NCBI GenBank assembly: GCA_963555815.3
Contig: CAUVWX020000001.1
Coordinates: 1,216,001 to 1,280,000, forward strand
Length of the DNA stretch: 64,000 nucleotides
Direction of reading: 5' to 3'
Origin: a bacterium
GTDB lineage: Bacteria > UBA8248 > JACPRG01 > G963555815
A model generated the notes under the pieces. That model was not told the DNA's origin. It ran no database searches and worked only from the letters and a program-made list of their open reading frames with translations. Positions 28,461 through 38,754 of this stretch are shown here, piece by piece (position 1 is the first letter of the stretch; every line of letters begins with the position of its first letter). Both the position numbers and the translations under genes were made by a program.

Positions 28461-29723
28461 CTAGCCCCTCAGGTCTCCTAAGGGGGGGTACATTCCCTTT
28501 TCCCGGGGGACCTGGCCGACCAGCTCGTATTTCCCGTTCACCACTTTCTGGATATAGAAGTCCAAGAAGGCCTGATGGTCCTGGGCCCGGATGAGCTTGC
28601 CGCCGTGGGGGTACTGGGGGCCGGCCACGGTCTCGTGTCCCTGTGGGAACTCGATAATGTCCCGGCTGTCCTTCTTGCTCTTATATCCCATTTTCTCCAC
28701 GGCGTCCTTGATGAGGTACATGAGCTCCCACCCCAGGACGTTATGGGCGTGGCCGGAGGGGCGGTTACGCCGAAGGTCCGCTCCCTCTTCGTCCACACCG
28801 ACGGCCTTCCTCAAGGCCGCGTCATAGGGCCTCAGCTCCTCCGGCGCCTGGCTCAGTCGCTGGGGGAAAGGGGTGTAGAAGTAGGACCCCTCGAAAGGGG
28901 CGGGGTCCAGGCCTTCCACGCTGTCATAAGTCCCGATGAGCGTGAACTTTTCCAGGAGACCCATGTTCCCGGCCTGTTTGACGAAGGCGGCCGCGCTCGC
29001 GCTGAAGAAGGCGTGGAAGAGGACCTCAGTCTCCTTCTGATTGATCCGGCTGAGGTAGGGAATCACGTTGTCAGTTCCGACCGGCACCATGATCTTGTCA
29101 AGGGCTTCGCCGCCCAGGAGCTCGACCCGCTCGGCCCACCGGTTCACCTGGTCTTGTCCGAAGGCAAGGTCCACCCCCACCAGCGTCCAGCGCTTGCCCA
29201 GGTTTTCTAGCGCCCACTCCGAGGCGGAGTAGACCTCGTGGAGAACGCTCTGGACCAGGCGGAACACCCAGGGGTTTCCCTTTGCCCCGGTGATGGAAGT
29301 GGCAGCGCCGTTGGGAAAGCCCACAGTCTGCAGCTCCTGCAAGATGGGGTTGGTCGCCAGACAGATTCCGCTGTGGTGGGAGCCGAAGATGAAGTCCACC
29401 TTGTTCCGCTGGATGAGCTTTCGAGTCTTTCTCACACCGCTCGACGGCTTGGACTCTGTGTCCTCCACGATGAGAAGCACTTCGCGGCCCGCGATGCCGC
29501 CCGCTTCGTTGATGCGCCGAATGGCTGCCCGGGCCGATCTCCCGTTCCAAAAACCGAAGTCCGCCAAGGCGCCGGTGAGTTCAGCCGTCACCCCAATCTT
29601 GATGGGCGGGGCGGCGTGGGTGTAAGGCACGCGCACAAACTGAGCCGTCCCCAGCGCCGCTGCCGCGGCCCCGGACTTCTTCAGAAAATCCCGCCTCGTG
29701 AGTTTATTCGAGGGCCGGCTCAT
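28461..29723 (-). CDS. Tat-exported branched-chain amino acid/amide-type ABC substrate-binding protein (orphan)
   Basis: TRRDFLK twin-arginine signal; IKIG...LTG; INEAGGIAGR; VEDTES. Confidence 0.88.
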   Translation of the reverse strand: MSRPSNKLTRRDFLKKSGAAAAALGTAQFVRVPYTHAAPPIKIGVTAELTGALADFGFWNGRSARAAIRRINEAGGIAGREVLLIVEDTESKPSSGVRKTRKLIQRNKVDFIFGSHHSGICLATNPILQELQTVGFPNGAATSITGAKGNPWVFRLVQSVLHEVYSASEWALENLGKRWTLVGVDLAFGQDQVNRWAERVELLGGEALDKIMVPVGTDNVIPYLSRINQKETEVLFHAFFSASAAAFVKQAGNMGLLEKFTLIGTYDSVEGLDPAPFEGSYFYTPFPQRLSQAPEELRPYDAALRKAVGVDEEGADLRRNRPSGHAHNVLGWELMYLIKDAVEKMGYKSKKDSRDIIEFPQGHETVAGPQYPHGGKLIRAQDHQAFLDFYIQKVVNGKYELVGQVPREKGMYPPLGDLRG

Positions 29724-29783
29724 GGCCGCTTTCTTCTCTTGGTGAGGGGGGGGCTTCTGGCCCATTTCGTTCGTGCCCGGTCT

Positions 29784-30506
29784 TTACAAGTGTTCGAAGT
29801 GGATTCTTGAATGTTCGTGGAATTCTTGGTTCTCCTTGAAGCGGGCTTGGTCGTAGCGCTCCCAGTGGACGATTTCCTCCAGGTCTTTCGCGTCCTTCTC
29901 GCCCACCACGGTCTTAGGGTAGCCGATGGGGGCCACGTTGGGGATCACATACGGCTCCGGGATGTCGAGGAGGTGCTTGATCTCCGTCTCCATATAAGGA
30001 GTTACCGATTGCCACATGGTCCCAAGGCCCAGGGCCGTGGCCGCCAGATGAATGCTCATCGTTGCGGCCGCGAGGCTCTCGATAAAGATCCAGTCACGAT
30101 GGTAGGCCAGCGGATAAGCCTCTTGGGTTCGGACATCGCCGCACACCACAATAAAAACCGGCGCCTGGGAACAGTAAGGCTTCCGGGGGTTCAGGTGACG
30201 ATATCCCACCGGACGAAACTCCTCTTGCGTGCGGTCGACATCGAGTCCGTGGGCAATGGCTTCGACCAGCTTCTTTCGCATTCCAGGCTCCTTGACCACG
30301 ATAAACTGCCAGGGCTGCTGATTGGCCCCGCACGGAGCCAACCGACCAGCCTCCAGGATCTGCTCGATGGCCCCATCAGGAACCGGGTCGGGTTTGTACC
30401 CGCGGACGGTCCGCCGCGCCTCCATGAGGCTGAGAAGCTCCCGGATTTTAACCGTTTCGGGTACCTTCCACTGTTGCATCCTTTTTTCTTTTTTTTCCGG
30501 GCCCAT
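29784..30506 (-). CDS. nitroreductase-family flavoprotein
   Basis: RRTVRGY.PDPVP; APCGANQQPWQF; LAATALGLG; PIGYP. Confidence 0.9.
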   Translation of the reverse strand: MGPEKKEKRMQQWKVPETVKIRELLSLMEARRTVRGYKPDPVPDGAIEQILEAGRLAPCGANQQPWQFIVVKEPGMRKKLVEAIAHGLDVDRTQEEFRPVGYRHLNPRKPYCSQAPVFIVVCGDVRTQEAYPLAYHRDWIFIESLAAATMSIHLAATALGLGTMWQSVTPYMETEIKHLLDIPEPYVIPNVAPIGYPKTVVGEKDAKDLEEIVHWERYDQARFKENQEFHEHSRIHFEHL

Positions 30507-30770
30507 TTTCCCTCCCCCCTTTTCTCTTGCGGGGATGTTCTCGGTTGGGATCAACCCCTATTCTGTAAAAGGAGAATTGCACCTCATCATAACCGAAACG
30601 GGGAGGGACCCAGCCCCAAATCGCCTCTGAGAGGCCGAATTTGCCCCGGCGGCCCCGCAGGGCCACCCAAATTTTGTTCGCCAGGGGGGTTTCGGAATCC
30701 TATCTTTTAGATTAAAATAATTGACATCTCAGGCCTCTGCCGCCGAAGGGTTCTCAGAGGAAGATAAAAT

Positions 30771-31796
30771 ATGGTGTGGGGAAGAAAGAAACCTTTTTCG
30801 AAATGGTTTTGCCTCCTTATCGGCCTCTCCCTGGTCACCTGGACCCTCGCTTCCTGGGACCCCCTGTTGGCGCGGGCCCAGGGGATTTCCATCATCAGCG
30901 AGGCCGCTGAGAAGCGGCTCGGCGCACGGGCGGACGTACAGATTCTTCAGCAGTTCGGCTTTTACGCGGACCCCTTCCTCCAGGACTACATCAACCAGGT
31001 CGGCCAGAGGATCGTTCGGGTCGCCGAGCGACGGAACGTTTCCTATCGATTCAAGGTTGTCGACGATCCCAGTGAGAATGCCTTCGCCCTTCCCGGGGGA
31101 TACGTCTATATCACCCGAGGAATGCTGGCGGCCCTCAACAGCGAGTCCCAGCTGGCTGGCGTGCTGGGTCACGAGATCGCCCATGTCACCCAGCGCCACG
31201 GGGCCCGCCGCATGACCGAGGCCCTCGGCTACCAGCTCCTCACTGCGGCCCTCGCCATAGGCGGGGCGGCGTCTGGCGTGGGAAATCCCGGCCAGTGGGC
31301 CATCTTAGGCCAATCCGTCTCCATGAACATCCTGCTGGGACACGGGCGGGAGTTTGAGTTCGAAGCCGACGAGAAGGGCCTGTTTTACGCCAGCAGGGCC
31401 GGCTACGACCCTCAGGAAGCGGGGAAATTTATGAGGCGACTTCGCCAGCTGGAACGCCTGCGGGGAGCTGGCTATCACGGTTTTGGCTCCACCCACCCCG
31501 AGACCACCCTGAGGATCCTCAAGATGGAAGAGATGTCGGGAAACCTCAAGGGAAAGGATCTCGAGATAGGCGAGGACCGCTATAAGGCCCAACTGACGGG
31601 TCTCATCTACGGGGATCGGGAGGACCGTCAGCGGATCCGCATCTACTCCGCCCGCCCTGGGGACACCCTCGCCTCCATCTCCGCAGAGGTCCTCGACAAC
31701 CCCCACCGGGCTCTCGACCTCGCCCTCCTAAACGGGATCGACGAGGAGAGCTCGCTGCGGCCCGGCCAGAAGATCAAGATTATCATCGACAAGTAA
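30771..31796 (+). CDS. M48 family zinc metalloprotease with C-terminal LysM-like domain
   Basis: NAFALPGG, HEIAH, EFEAD, STHP; GDTLASI...LLNG...LRPGQKIKI. Confidence 0.9.
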   Translation: MVWGRKKPFSKWFCLLIGLSLVTWTLASWDPLLARAQGISIISEAAEKRLGARADVQILQQFGFYADPFLQDYINQVGQRIVRVAERRNVSYRFKVVDDPSENAFALPGGYVYITRGMLAALNSESQLAGVLGHEIAHVTQRHGARRMTEALGYQLLTAALAIGGAASGVGNPGQWAILGQSVSMNILLGHGREFEFEADEKGLFYASRAGYDPQEAGKFMRRLRQLERLRGAGYHGFGSTHPETTLRILKMEEMSGNLKGKDLEIGEDRYKAQLTGLIYGDREDRQRIRIYSARPGDTLASISAEVLDNPHRALDLALLNGIDEESSLRPGQKIKIIIDK

Positions 31797-31829
31797 AACC
31801 CCGCCTTCGGGCACCTTCTTCTTGACCGG

Positions 31830-34238
31830 CTAGCCTACGTCGACCAAGTGGAGGGTCTCTCCCCATTGCTGGTTGACCCACGACCTGAGGTTCTCGTGAG
31901 TGGGCTGCCTGAGGTCTGGGTCCTCCTCGACAAGACGAAAGGCCTCCTGTCGGGCTGCGGCAAGGAGGGGAGCGTGGCGAAGGAGGTGGGCCAAGCGAAG
32001 CTCGGGGACCCCCGTTTGGCGGGTCCCCAGGATCTCTCCGGGCCCCCGCATCTGCAGGTCCTTTTCCGCTATGACGAAGCCGTCCTGGGTCTGCGACATC
32101 ACCTTTAGGCGGGCCTTGGCCTCCTCAGTGAGAGGGGGATAGGCGTGAAGGAAACAGAAGGAGGGTGCACCGCCCCGTCCCACCCGGCCCCGTAGCTGAT
32201 GGAGCTGGGAGAGGCCGAAGCGCTCGGCGTGCTCCACCCACATGACGGTCGCGTTGGGGACATCGACCCCCACCTCCACCACCGTCGTCGCCGCCAGGAT
32301 GGCCACCTCGTCCGCGGCGAAGGCCCGCATCATCCGCTCCTTCTCTTCCCCCTTCATCTGGCCATGGAGGAGCCCCACAGGGTACTGCGGGAACTCCCCT
32401 CTGATGCGTTCGGCCATCTCCACTGCCGCATTAAGGTCGGAACGCTCTGTCTCCTCCACCAGCGGGAGGACGACATAGGCCTGGTGTCCCGCTTTCAACT
32501 CCGCCTTCAAGACTTTTCGGATTCGATCCGCCTTCCCCCCGGTGAAGACCTGGGTCTTGACGGGCTGGCGGCCGGGTGGGAGCTCATCCAGAACCGAGAG
32601 GTCGAGATCCCCGTAGGCGGTCAGGGTCAGGGTCCGCGGGATGGGAGTGGCCGTCATGACCAAGATGTCAGGGGTCTCGCCCTTCTCTCGAAGGGCCGAG
32701 CGCTGCATGACGCCAAATCGATGCTGCTCGTCGATGACCGCCAGAGAGAGGGCTTTGAACCGAACATCCTCCTGGATGAGGGCATGGGTCCCGATGGCGA
32801 TGGCGACCTCTCCGCAAGCGAGGGCCTCAAGGGTTTTTGTCCGGCTCTTCCCCTTAAGACGTCCCGTCAGCAAGACTGCGGGAACCCCGAGGGGTTCTGT
32901 AAGACCCCGAATGGTGAAGGCGTGCTGCTCTGCCAGGACTTCCGTGGGGACCATAAAGGCCGCTTGGTATCCGCTCTGGACCGCCATGAGGATGGCCTGA
33001 AGGGCCATCAGGGTTTTCCCGCTGCCCACATCCCCTTGAAGGAGTCGGTTCATGGGAAAGGGGCCCGACAGGTCTTGGGCAATTTCCCCGATGACTCGCT
33101 TTTGGGCGGTGGTCAGGGCAAAGTCCAAATGGGCCTGGAGACCTTCGGTCAGGGGGCCCTCGACACGATAGCTGAACCGCCGTTTCGACCTTTTTGTCTG
33201 GGCGCGGCGAAGGGCGAGGCCCACCTGTAGGGAAAAGAGCTCATCGAAGATGAGACGCCGGTGGCCGGGAGAGCGACCTTGGTTGAGGGAGTCCACGTTG
33301 GCCCCCTCGGGAGGAAAGTGAACCCCCTGAAGGGCCCTCGATAGGGGGATCAGGCGCTGTTGCTTCACGACGGCAGGGGGGGTTGTTTCTACTGCCCCTG
33401 CTGCAAAACCTTCCACCACCTCCTTCATCAGGGCCCGAAGGGTTCTCTGATGGAGCCCTTCTGTGGAGGGGTAGATGGGGACGATCCGTCCCAGATGGAT
33501 CGGCTCCTTGGAGCCGGGGCCCCCCTCGTCTACCTCCTCTGCCTCCGGATGATAGATCTCCAGCCTCCCGCCTCGATGTGGATTTTGACGGATCATACCG
33601 CTCAGCAAGAAACGGCGCCCAGACGGAAAATGCTGGGTCATGTAGGACGGGCGAAAGGTGAACCACACCCCTGTCAACCATCCGGTCTCATCGGCGAAGA
33701 TCACCTCGTACATCCGGCGTCCCCGCCCGGTCATGACCGGCCCCGCCCCGTGCACCTCTGCCAGCAGGGTTTCTTCCGCCCCGGGGACGAGCTGCCGAAT
33801 CTTTTTGAGGCGGCTTCGATCTGCATACTGGCGCGGGAGGAAATAGAGCGCGTCTCCCACGGTGGAGATCCCCAGGCGTGCGAGGGTCTGTGCGCGGCGT
33901 GGCCCTACCCCCTTTACGAATTGAATGGATTGTGCAAAGGGGCCTTGGCCGCTGGGGGAAAACTGGAGCAGGGCCTCAAGGCGGGGGAGGAGACTTTTAC
34001 CCTGGTTCACCCGTCGTCGCTTTTCCTCGGCGGGGAGGGCGTCAAAACCAGAAAAAGCCTTCCTGAGATCTTTGAGGAGTCCCTGGACCTCTCTGCCCGA
34101 GTGTGTCTTCAGCACCTCATCTATCCAGGCCGAAAGGGTTTTTTCGATGCCGGATACGACCGAAAGGCGAGAAGAGGCCTGTCGCGAGAGAAAGTCCAAG
34201 GGCCTTCGGATCTTCTCAATCAGAGGAGGGCCCGTCAT
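31830..34238 (-). CDS. recG: ATP-dependent DNA helicase RecG
   Basis: RLLQGDVGSGKT, DEQHRFG, MTATPIPRT, QLHQLRGRVGRG. Confidence 0.97.
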   Translation of the reverse strand: MTGPPLIEKIRRPLDFLSRQASSRLSVVSGIEKTLSAWIDEVLKTHSGREVQGLLKDLRKAFSGFDALPAEEKRRRVNQGKSLLPRLEALLQFSPSGQGPFAQSIQFVKGVGPRRAQTLARLGISTVGDALYFLPRQYADRSRLKKIRQLVPGAEETLLAEVHGAGPVMTGRGRRMYEVIFADETGWLTGVWFTFRPSYMTQHFPSGRRFLLSGMIRQNPHRGGRLEIYHPEAEEVDEGGPGSKEPIHLGRIVPIYPSTEGLHQRTLRALMKEVVEGFAAGAVETTPPAVVKQQRLIPLSRALQGVHFPPEGANVDSLNQGRSPGHRRLIFDELFSLQVGLALRRAQTKRSKRRFSYRVEGPLTEGLQAHLDFALTTAQKRVIGEIAQDLSGPFPMNRLLQGDVGSGKTLMALQAILMAVQSGYQAAFMVPTEVLAEQHAFTIRGLTEPLGVPAVLLTGRLKGKSRTKTLEALACGEVAIAIGTHALIQEDVRFKALSLAVIDEQHRFGVMQRSALREKGETPDILVMTATPIPRTLTLTAYGDLDLSVLDELPPGRQPVKTQVFTGGKADRIRKVLKAELKAGHQAYVVLPLVEETERSDLNAAVEMAERIRGEFPQYPVGLLHGQMKGEEKERMMRAFAADEVAILAATTVVEVGVDVPNATVMWVEHAERFGLSQLHQLRGRVGRGGAPSFCFLHAYPPLTEEAKARLKVMSQTQDGFVIAEKDLQMRGPGEILGTRQTGVPELRLAHLLRHAPLLAAARQEAFRLVEEDPDLRQPTHENLRSWVNQQWGETLHLVDVG

Positions 34239-34369
34239 AGGCGCCCAGGAGTTGACCTGCGGAGGTGGGCGGTGGGGGCTTCAAAAAAAGTTTGCCAAGA
34301 TTCCAAGAGAGGTTTATGTTCCATGTTCCACTGAGGAAAGGTTGAGACTTACATCAAAGGGTATTTTTC

Positions 34370-34561
34370 ATGGCCAGGTGTTGCGCCATTTGCGGTAAGG
34401 GTCCCGTCGTAGGGAACCAGGTCAGCCACGCCCACAAGGCCAGCAAGCGTCGCTGGCTGCCAAACCTTCAGCGCGTCCGAATCGTCGTCAACGGCGGGGC
34501 GAAACGGGTCCTGGTCTGCACGCGCTGTATTCGCTCAGGAAAAGTCCGAAAGGCCGTTTGA
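34370..34561 (+). CDS. rpmB: 50S ribosomal protein L28 (zinc-binding type)
   Basis: [19 protein letters not shown]...RRWLPNLQ...VCTRC. Confidence 0.96.
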   Translation: MARCCAICGKGPVVGNQVSHAHKASKRRWLPNLQRVRIVVNGGAKRVLVCTRCIRSGKVRKAV

Positions 34562-34592
34562 AGGGAGAACGGCCCCCCCCGCTGAGGATCTC

Positions 34593-36779
34593 TCAAGAGT
34601 TCGCCACCCGCCGAAGATGTGCGGTCCCCGAGATACTCCTGACCCGCTCGGCCCGAAGCACTCCGCGCACCGTCTGAACCCTCGCCAGCAACTGTTCCAG
34701 GTGGGCCAGGTCTCTAATCTGGACTCCCAAATAGAAGACCGCCTGCCCGCTCGTGGTCGTGTGCCCCTCCAGGTGAGCGATGTTGGCATCTGATTCGGTG
34801 ATGGCGGAACTGACCCGGGCGAGGAGACCGGGCTCGTCGATGGATTCCAGCATGACCTCGACGGTGCGCCGGACGGACTCGCTGAGGTCCCATTCCGCTG
34901 GGATCTTGCGCGCAGTTTCCAGGGGGAGGCCCTGGAGGATGGGACAGTCGGCGGTGTGGATGCTCACGCCCCGGCCCCGTGTGATGAAACCCGCAATGGG
35001 GTCCCCGGGGACCGGGTTGCAGCAACCGGCGAACCGCATGGGTATCTCCTCGACGCCTTTGATCTTGACCCCCCTCAGGGTCTGGGTGCCGCTCGTTTTC
35101 TCCTTGGTGGTTGCGCCGCCCGGGGAGACAGCCTCCAGGATCTCTTGGGGCAGGAGCTTTGAGACGACCTTCCTCGGGGGAATCCGCCCGAAGCCAATGG
35201 CTTGCAGGACATCTTTTGCCGAGGCGAGGTCCAAGGACCCGGCGACCTCCTTCAAAGACTCCTCAGTGGCGTCCTCCGCCGCGCTTCGGCCGTAGCGGCT
35301 GAGCTCCCTCTCCAGGAGCTCCCGTCCCAGGGAAAGCGCCCGTTCCTTTTCCTCTACCCGCAGCCACGCCCGGAGCTTGGAACGGGCGCGCGTGGTCCGC
35401 ACAAACCTCATCCAATCCCGGTTGGGGCGCTGGTGGGGAGATGTCTCGATCTCCACCAGGTCTCCATTCTGGAGCTCATATTTCAGGGGGACCAACTTGC
35501 CGTTCACCTTGGCCCGGGCGCAGCGATTTCCAATATCGGTGTGGATCCGGTAGGCGAAGTCGACGGGGGTGGCGCCCCTTGGAAAGGCCTGCACATCCCC
35601 TTGGGGCGTGAAGACATAGACCTCGTCGGGGAAGAGGTCTATCTTGAGGTTGTCCAGGAATTCGCGCGGGTCTTTGACCTCCCTCTGCCATTCGAGGAGC
35701 TGGCGGAGCCACACGAAACGCTCGTCCTCCTCCTCTTCCTCAGGCTGTCCCTCCTTGTAGCGCCAGTGGGCGGCGATCCCCTCCTCGGCAATCAGGTGCA
35801 TCTCCTTGGTTCGGATCTGAAACTCGACCTGGCGGCCCTTGGGGCCGACGACAGTCGTGTGGATCGACTGGTAGCGGTTGCCCTTGGGCAGCGCGACGAA
35901 ATCCTTAAATCGGCCCGGGATGGGTTTCCAGAGGGAGTGAATGATGCCGAGGAGGGCGTAACAGTCTTTTACGGAGTCCGTAATGATCCGAAGGGCCGTG
36001 AGGTCGTAAACCTCCCCGAGGGGGATGCGCTGAGCCAGCATCTTCCGGTGGATGCTGTAGAGACGCTTGTGTCTCCCCTGGATCTGCCCGCGGATGCTGG
36101 CGGCCTCCAACTCCGTTTCGATGCGGCGGATCAACTCTCCGATGTAATGCTGGCGTTCCTCATGGTCGATCGCAAGGCGCCGCCTGATGTCCTCGTATTC
36201 CCTGGGACGAAGATTTTTGAACGCCTCCTCCTCGAGCTCCTCCCTGACCCATCCCATCCCCAGCCGATCGGCCAGAGGGGCGTAGATGTCGATCGTTTCC
36301 TGTGCGATGGCCTCTCGCTTTCGAGGGGAGTGATACTGAAGGGTCCGAAGGTTGTGAAGACGATCCGCCAATTTGATGAGGATGACGCGAAGGTCCTTCG
36401 CCATCGCCAGGATCATCTTTCGCAAGTTCTCCGCTTGCCTCTCCGCGCTCCCCTTGGACTCGATCTGACTGATCTTGGTCACCCCATCCACCAGCTCCGC
36501 CACCTCTTCTCCAAAGAGCTCGCGGATCTCGTCGAGTTCCACATGGGTGTCCTCGACAATGTCGTGAAGGAGGCCGGCGGCCACGGTCTGGGCGTCCAGG
36601 AGAAGCTGGGCCAGGAGGTCCGCGACCTCTAAGGGGTGCGAAAGGTAGGGCTCTCCAGAGAGACGGACCTGCCCCCCGTGGACTTTGGCGGAGTAGACAT
36701 AGGCCTTTCGAACCAGGTCCACCTCGGGTTCGGGCAGATAGGTATGGAGGTGATCGATGATGTCCTCAAGGCGGATCAT
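34593..36779 (-). CDS. spoT: bifunctional (p)ppGpp synthetase/hydrolase Rel/SpoT
   Basis: HD motif LLHDIVED; KLADRLHN; RFKD; YQSIHT; EFQIRT; TGS and ACT domains. Confidence 0.95.
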   Translation of the reverse strand: MIRLEDIIDHLHTYLPEPEVDLVRKAYVYSAKVHGGQVRLSGEPYLSHPLEVADLLAQLLLDAQTVAAGLLHDIVEDTHVELDEIRELFGEEVAELVDGVTKISQIESKGSAERQAENLRKMILAMAKDLRVILIKLADRLHNLRTLQYHSPRKREAIAQETIDIYAPLADRLGMGWVREELEEEAFKNLRPREYEDIRRRLAIDHEERQHYIGELIRRIETELEAASIRGQIQGRHKRLYSIHRKMLAQRIPLGEVYDLTALRIITDSVKDCYALLGIIHSLWKPIPGRFKDFVALPKGNRYQSIHTTVVGPKGRQVEFQIRTKEMHLIAEEGIAAHWRYKEGQPEEEEEDERFVWLRQLLEWQREVKDPREFLDNLKIDLFPDEVYVFTPQGDVQAFPRGATPVDFAYRIHTDIGNRCARAKVNGKLVPLKYELQNGDLVEIETSPHQRPNRDWMRFVRTTRARSKLRAWLRVEEKERALSLGRELLERELSRYGRSAAEDATEESLKEVAGSLDLASAKDVLQAIGFGRIPPRKVVSKLLPQEILEAVSPGGATTKEKTSGTQTLRGVKIKGVEEIPMRFAGCCNPVPGDPIAGFITRGRGVSIHTADCPILQGLPLETARKIPAEWDLSESVRRTVEVMLESIDEPGLLARVSSAITESDANIAHLEGHTTTSGQAVFYLGVQIRDLAHLEQLLARVQTVRGVLRAERVRSISGTAHLRRVANS

Positions 36780-36833
36780 CTGACCCTTAATCACCCATCG
36801 GATCGAACTGCCCCAGCGAGAAAAGAAGGCCTG

Positions 36834-37046
36834 TTAAGGACCCTTCGGGCCCTCCTTGGAATCTTCTGGCTCCTTGGGGGTAATGTCGATCTGATCAGAC
36901 TGCTGAAAGCTCTTTCGGAACCCTTTGATCCCTTTGGCCAACCCTGATCCAATGCCCGGGAGCCGCTTTGCGCCGAAGAAGAGGAGGATGATGAACAAGA
37001 TGATGAGGAGTTCTGTCAGGCCAAGTCCGAAGAAGTAGAAAAACAT
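36834..37046 (-). CDS. tatA: twin-arginine translocase TatA/TatE
   Basis: ELLIILFIILLFFGAKRLP.IG..LAKGIKGFRK. Confidence 0.92.
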   Translation of the reverse strand: MFFYFFGLGLTELLIILFIILLFFGAKRLPGIGSGLAKGIKGFRKSFQQSDQIDITPKEPEDSKEGPKGP

Positions 37047-37171
37047 TTTTCCCTCTCTCCGGTAGCGGGGCGGCCTCTGCGGCCCCTAATTTCTGATACT
37101 TACCCACATTTACGATATCCCCCAGCTCTCTCTGTGTCAAGAAACTCCGGAGGTGAGAGTGCCCGGGTGGC

Positions 37172-38146
37172 TCAGGCTTTTGGCAAGTCCTGGTAGGCGG
37201 GGAGGCCGGGGACCGATTCTGCCTGGATCACGGCTCGGTTGATGGCGATGGCCAGCGCCTCTTCGGCCAGAAGGCCGAGGAGGTCCAGATCCTCTTCGAG
37301 GGTCCCCGTCGACAGGGCGAGGATCACGTCTCCATCGACCTGCGTGGAGGCCGGGCGGACGGTCTTGACCAGGCCCGCTGAGGCCATCCGGGCCAATTTC
37401 CCCGCCTCTCCCTTGGTGAGGCGGGCGTCTGTGGCAACGCAACAGAGGATGGTGGCCGGAGCTCCAAAGTGGGGGTGGCCTGCACCTTGTCGCATCATCT
37501 CCCAGGTGTCGGCCAGCTCAAGACTTTCCTCCCCCTTGCGTGCCCCCGCGAGCAGCCGTCTCGACCCGTGCTCGAGGATGTCCCCGAATGCGTTGACGAT
37601 GGCCAGGGCGCCGACCGTCGACCCCTCGGGACTCCCGAGGGACCAGGTCCCGACACCCCCTTTCATGGCATGCGAGGGGCCAAAGAGCTTTCCCACGGTG
37701 GCCCCCATACCGGCTCCGTGATTTCCCTCGGCGGGGGGTTCTGAGGAGGCCCTTTCGCAGGCCTGAAGGGCCATCTCGGGAGTGGGCCGTGACTTCGGGT
37801 CGCCCACCGAGAGGTCGTAGAGGATGGCGGCCGGGACAATGGGGACGGCCGTGTCCCTCGTGGGAAAACCCACGCCCCGTGCCTCGAGGTATTGCATCAC
37901 CCCTGCCGCGGCGTCCAGGCCAAAGGCGCTGCCCCCCGAGAAAAAAACGGCGTGAATGCGGTCGGCCACATGAAAGGGGCTCAGGGCGTCCATTTGACGG
38001 GTCCCCGTCGCAGAGCCCCGCAGGTCGGCCCCCGCGATGGCCCCCTTCTCGCACAGAATGACGGTACAGCCGGTGAGACCCTTTGGGTCCTCGGCGTGGC
38101 CCACCCGAAGGCCTGACACGTCGGTGATGGCTTGCACAGGGCCCAT
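37172..38146 (-). CDS. P1 (S58/DmpA-like) peptidase family protein
   Basis: ITDVSGLRVGH; GGSAFGLDAA; PIVPAAILYDL; VNAFGD; DGD. Confidence 0.9.
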   Translation of the reverse strand: MGPVQAITDVSGLRVGHAEDPKGLTGCTVILCEKGAIAGADLRGSATGTRQMDALSPFHVADRIHAVFFSGGSAFGLDAAAGVMQYLEARGVGFPTRDTAVPIVPAAILYDLSVGDPKSRPTPEMALQACERASSEPPAEGNHGAGMGATVGKLFGPSHAMKGGVGTWSLGSPEGSTVGALAIVNAFGDILEHGSRRLLAGARKGEESLELADTWEMMRQGAGHPHFGAPATILCCVATDARLTKGEAGKLARMASAGLVKTVRPASTQVDGDVILALSTGTLEEDLDLLGLLAEEALAIAINRAVIQAESVPGLPAYQDLPKA

Positions 38147-38231
38147 CCCACCTAAAATCTCAGGACGAAGAATCTACCCATTTGTGGAAGGTGCGCCTCA
38201 GTTCACGGGGTCGAGGGGGGTTGCCCGCGTC

Positions 38232-38702
38232 TCACTCCACAAGGATCTTTCCCTGCATGTCGTTGTAGTCGACCCCACTGTAAACAGTGCTGAAGAACTC
38301 GATGACGCCCTTGGTATCTGTCCGGACCACGACCGTGATGGGCTGACCCGGCTCGAAGGACCCGAAATTTCGGATCCGTCCAGGCCGCCGAATACCGAAG
38401 CCATGGGGGACATCCTCGCTCACCAGTTTAATTTCCAGGGCTTGGCCCTGCTTGACGCGAATGAGATTCGGCGTGAAGGAGTACCTCTTTGCGGTGATAG
38501 TCACTCGGACGATGACGGACTCCTCGGGAACCTTGAGCTCAACTTTCTTTCCCCCGAAGAAGCCGCATCCCCCCAAGAACAGAGCGCTCAGAACGAGGCC
38601 CCACCCCAGGGGGCGACAGTGGGAGCGTCGGAAACCCCCGCTTCTGCCTTCAAAGTGGGAGCGTCGGAAACCCCCGCTTCTGCCTTCAAAAAAGTCCCGC
38701 AT
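38232..38702 (-). CDS. cupredoxin-fold (COX2/CuA-like) lipoprotein with substituted copper ligands
   Basis: lipobox LGGC; YSFTPNLIRVKQG; EDVPHGF; C-terminus FFSTVYSGVDYNDMQGKILVE aligns with CxxxCxxxHxxM. Confidence 0.75.
   Translation of the reverse strand: MRDFFEGRSGGFRRSHFEGRSGGFRRSHCRPLGWGLVLSALFLGGCGFFGGKKVELKVPEESVIVRVTITAKRYSFTPNLIRVKQGQALEIKLVSEDVPHGFGIRRPGRIRNFGSFEPGQPITVVVRTDTKGVIEFFSTVYSGVDYNDMQGKILVE
38618..38689. repeat. perfect 36-bp tandem duplication
   Basis: AGTGGGAGCGTCGGAAACCCCCGCTTCTGCCTTCAA x2 with no spacer; encodes FEGRSGGFRRSH x2 on the minus strand. Confidence 0.95.
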
Positions 38703-38754
38703 CCTCCACCACCGGTCAAATGGGAAAGAAAAGGCCATGACAACGGCTAAAAGG

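Noticed and set aside
38618..38689. CRISPR array (36-bp repeat)
   Set aside because: Only two abutting copies, no spacer, no cas genes; it is an in-frame tandem duplication
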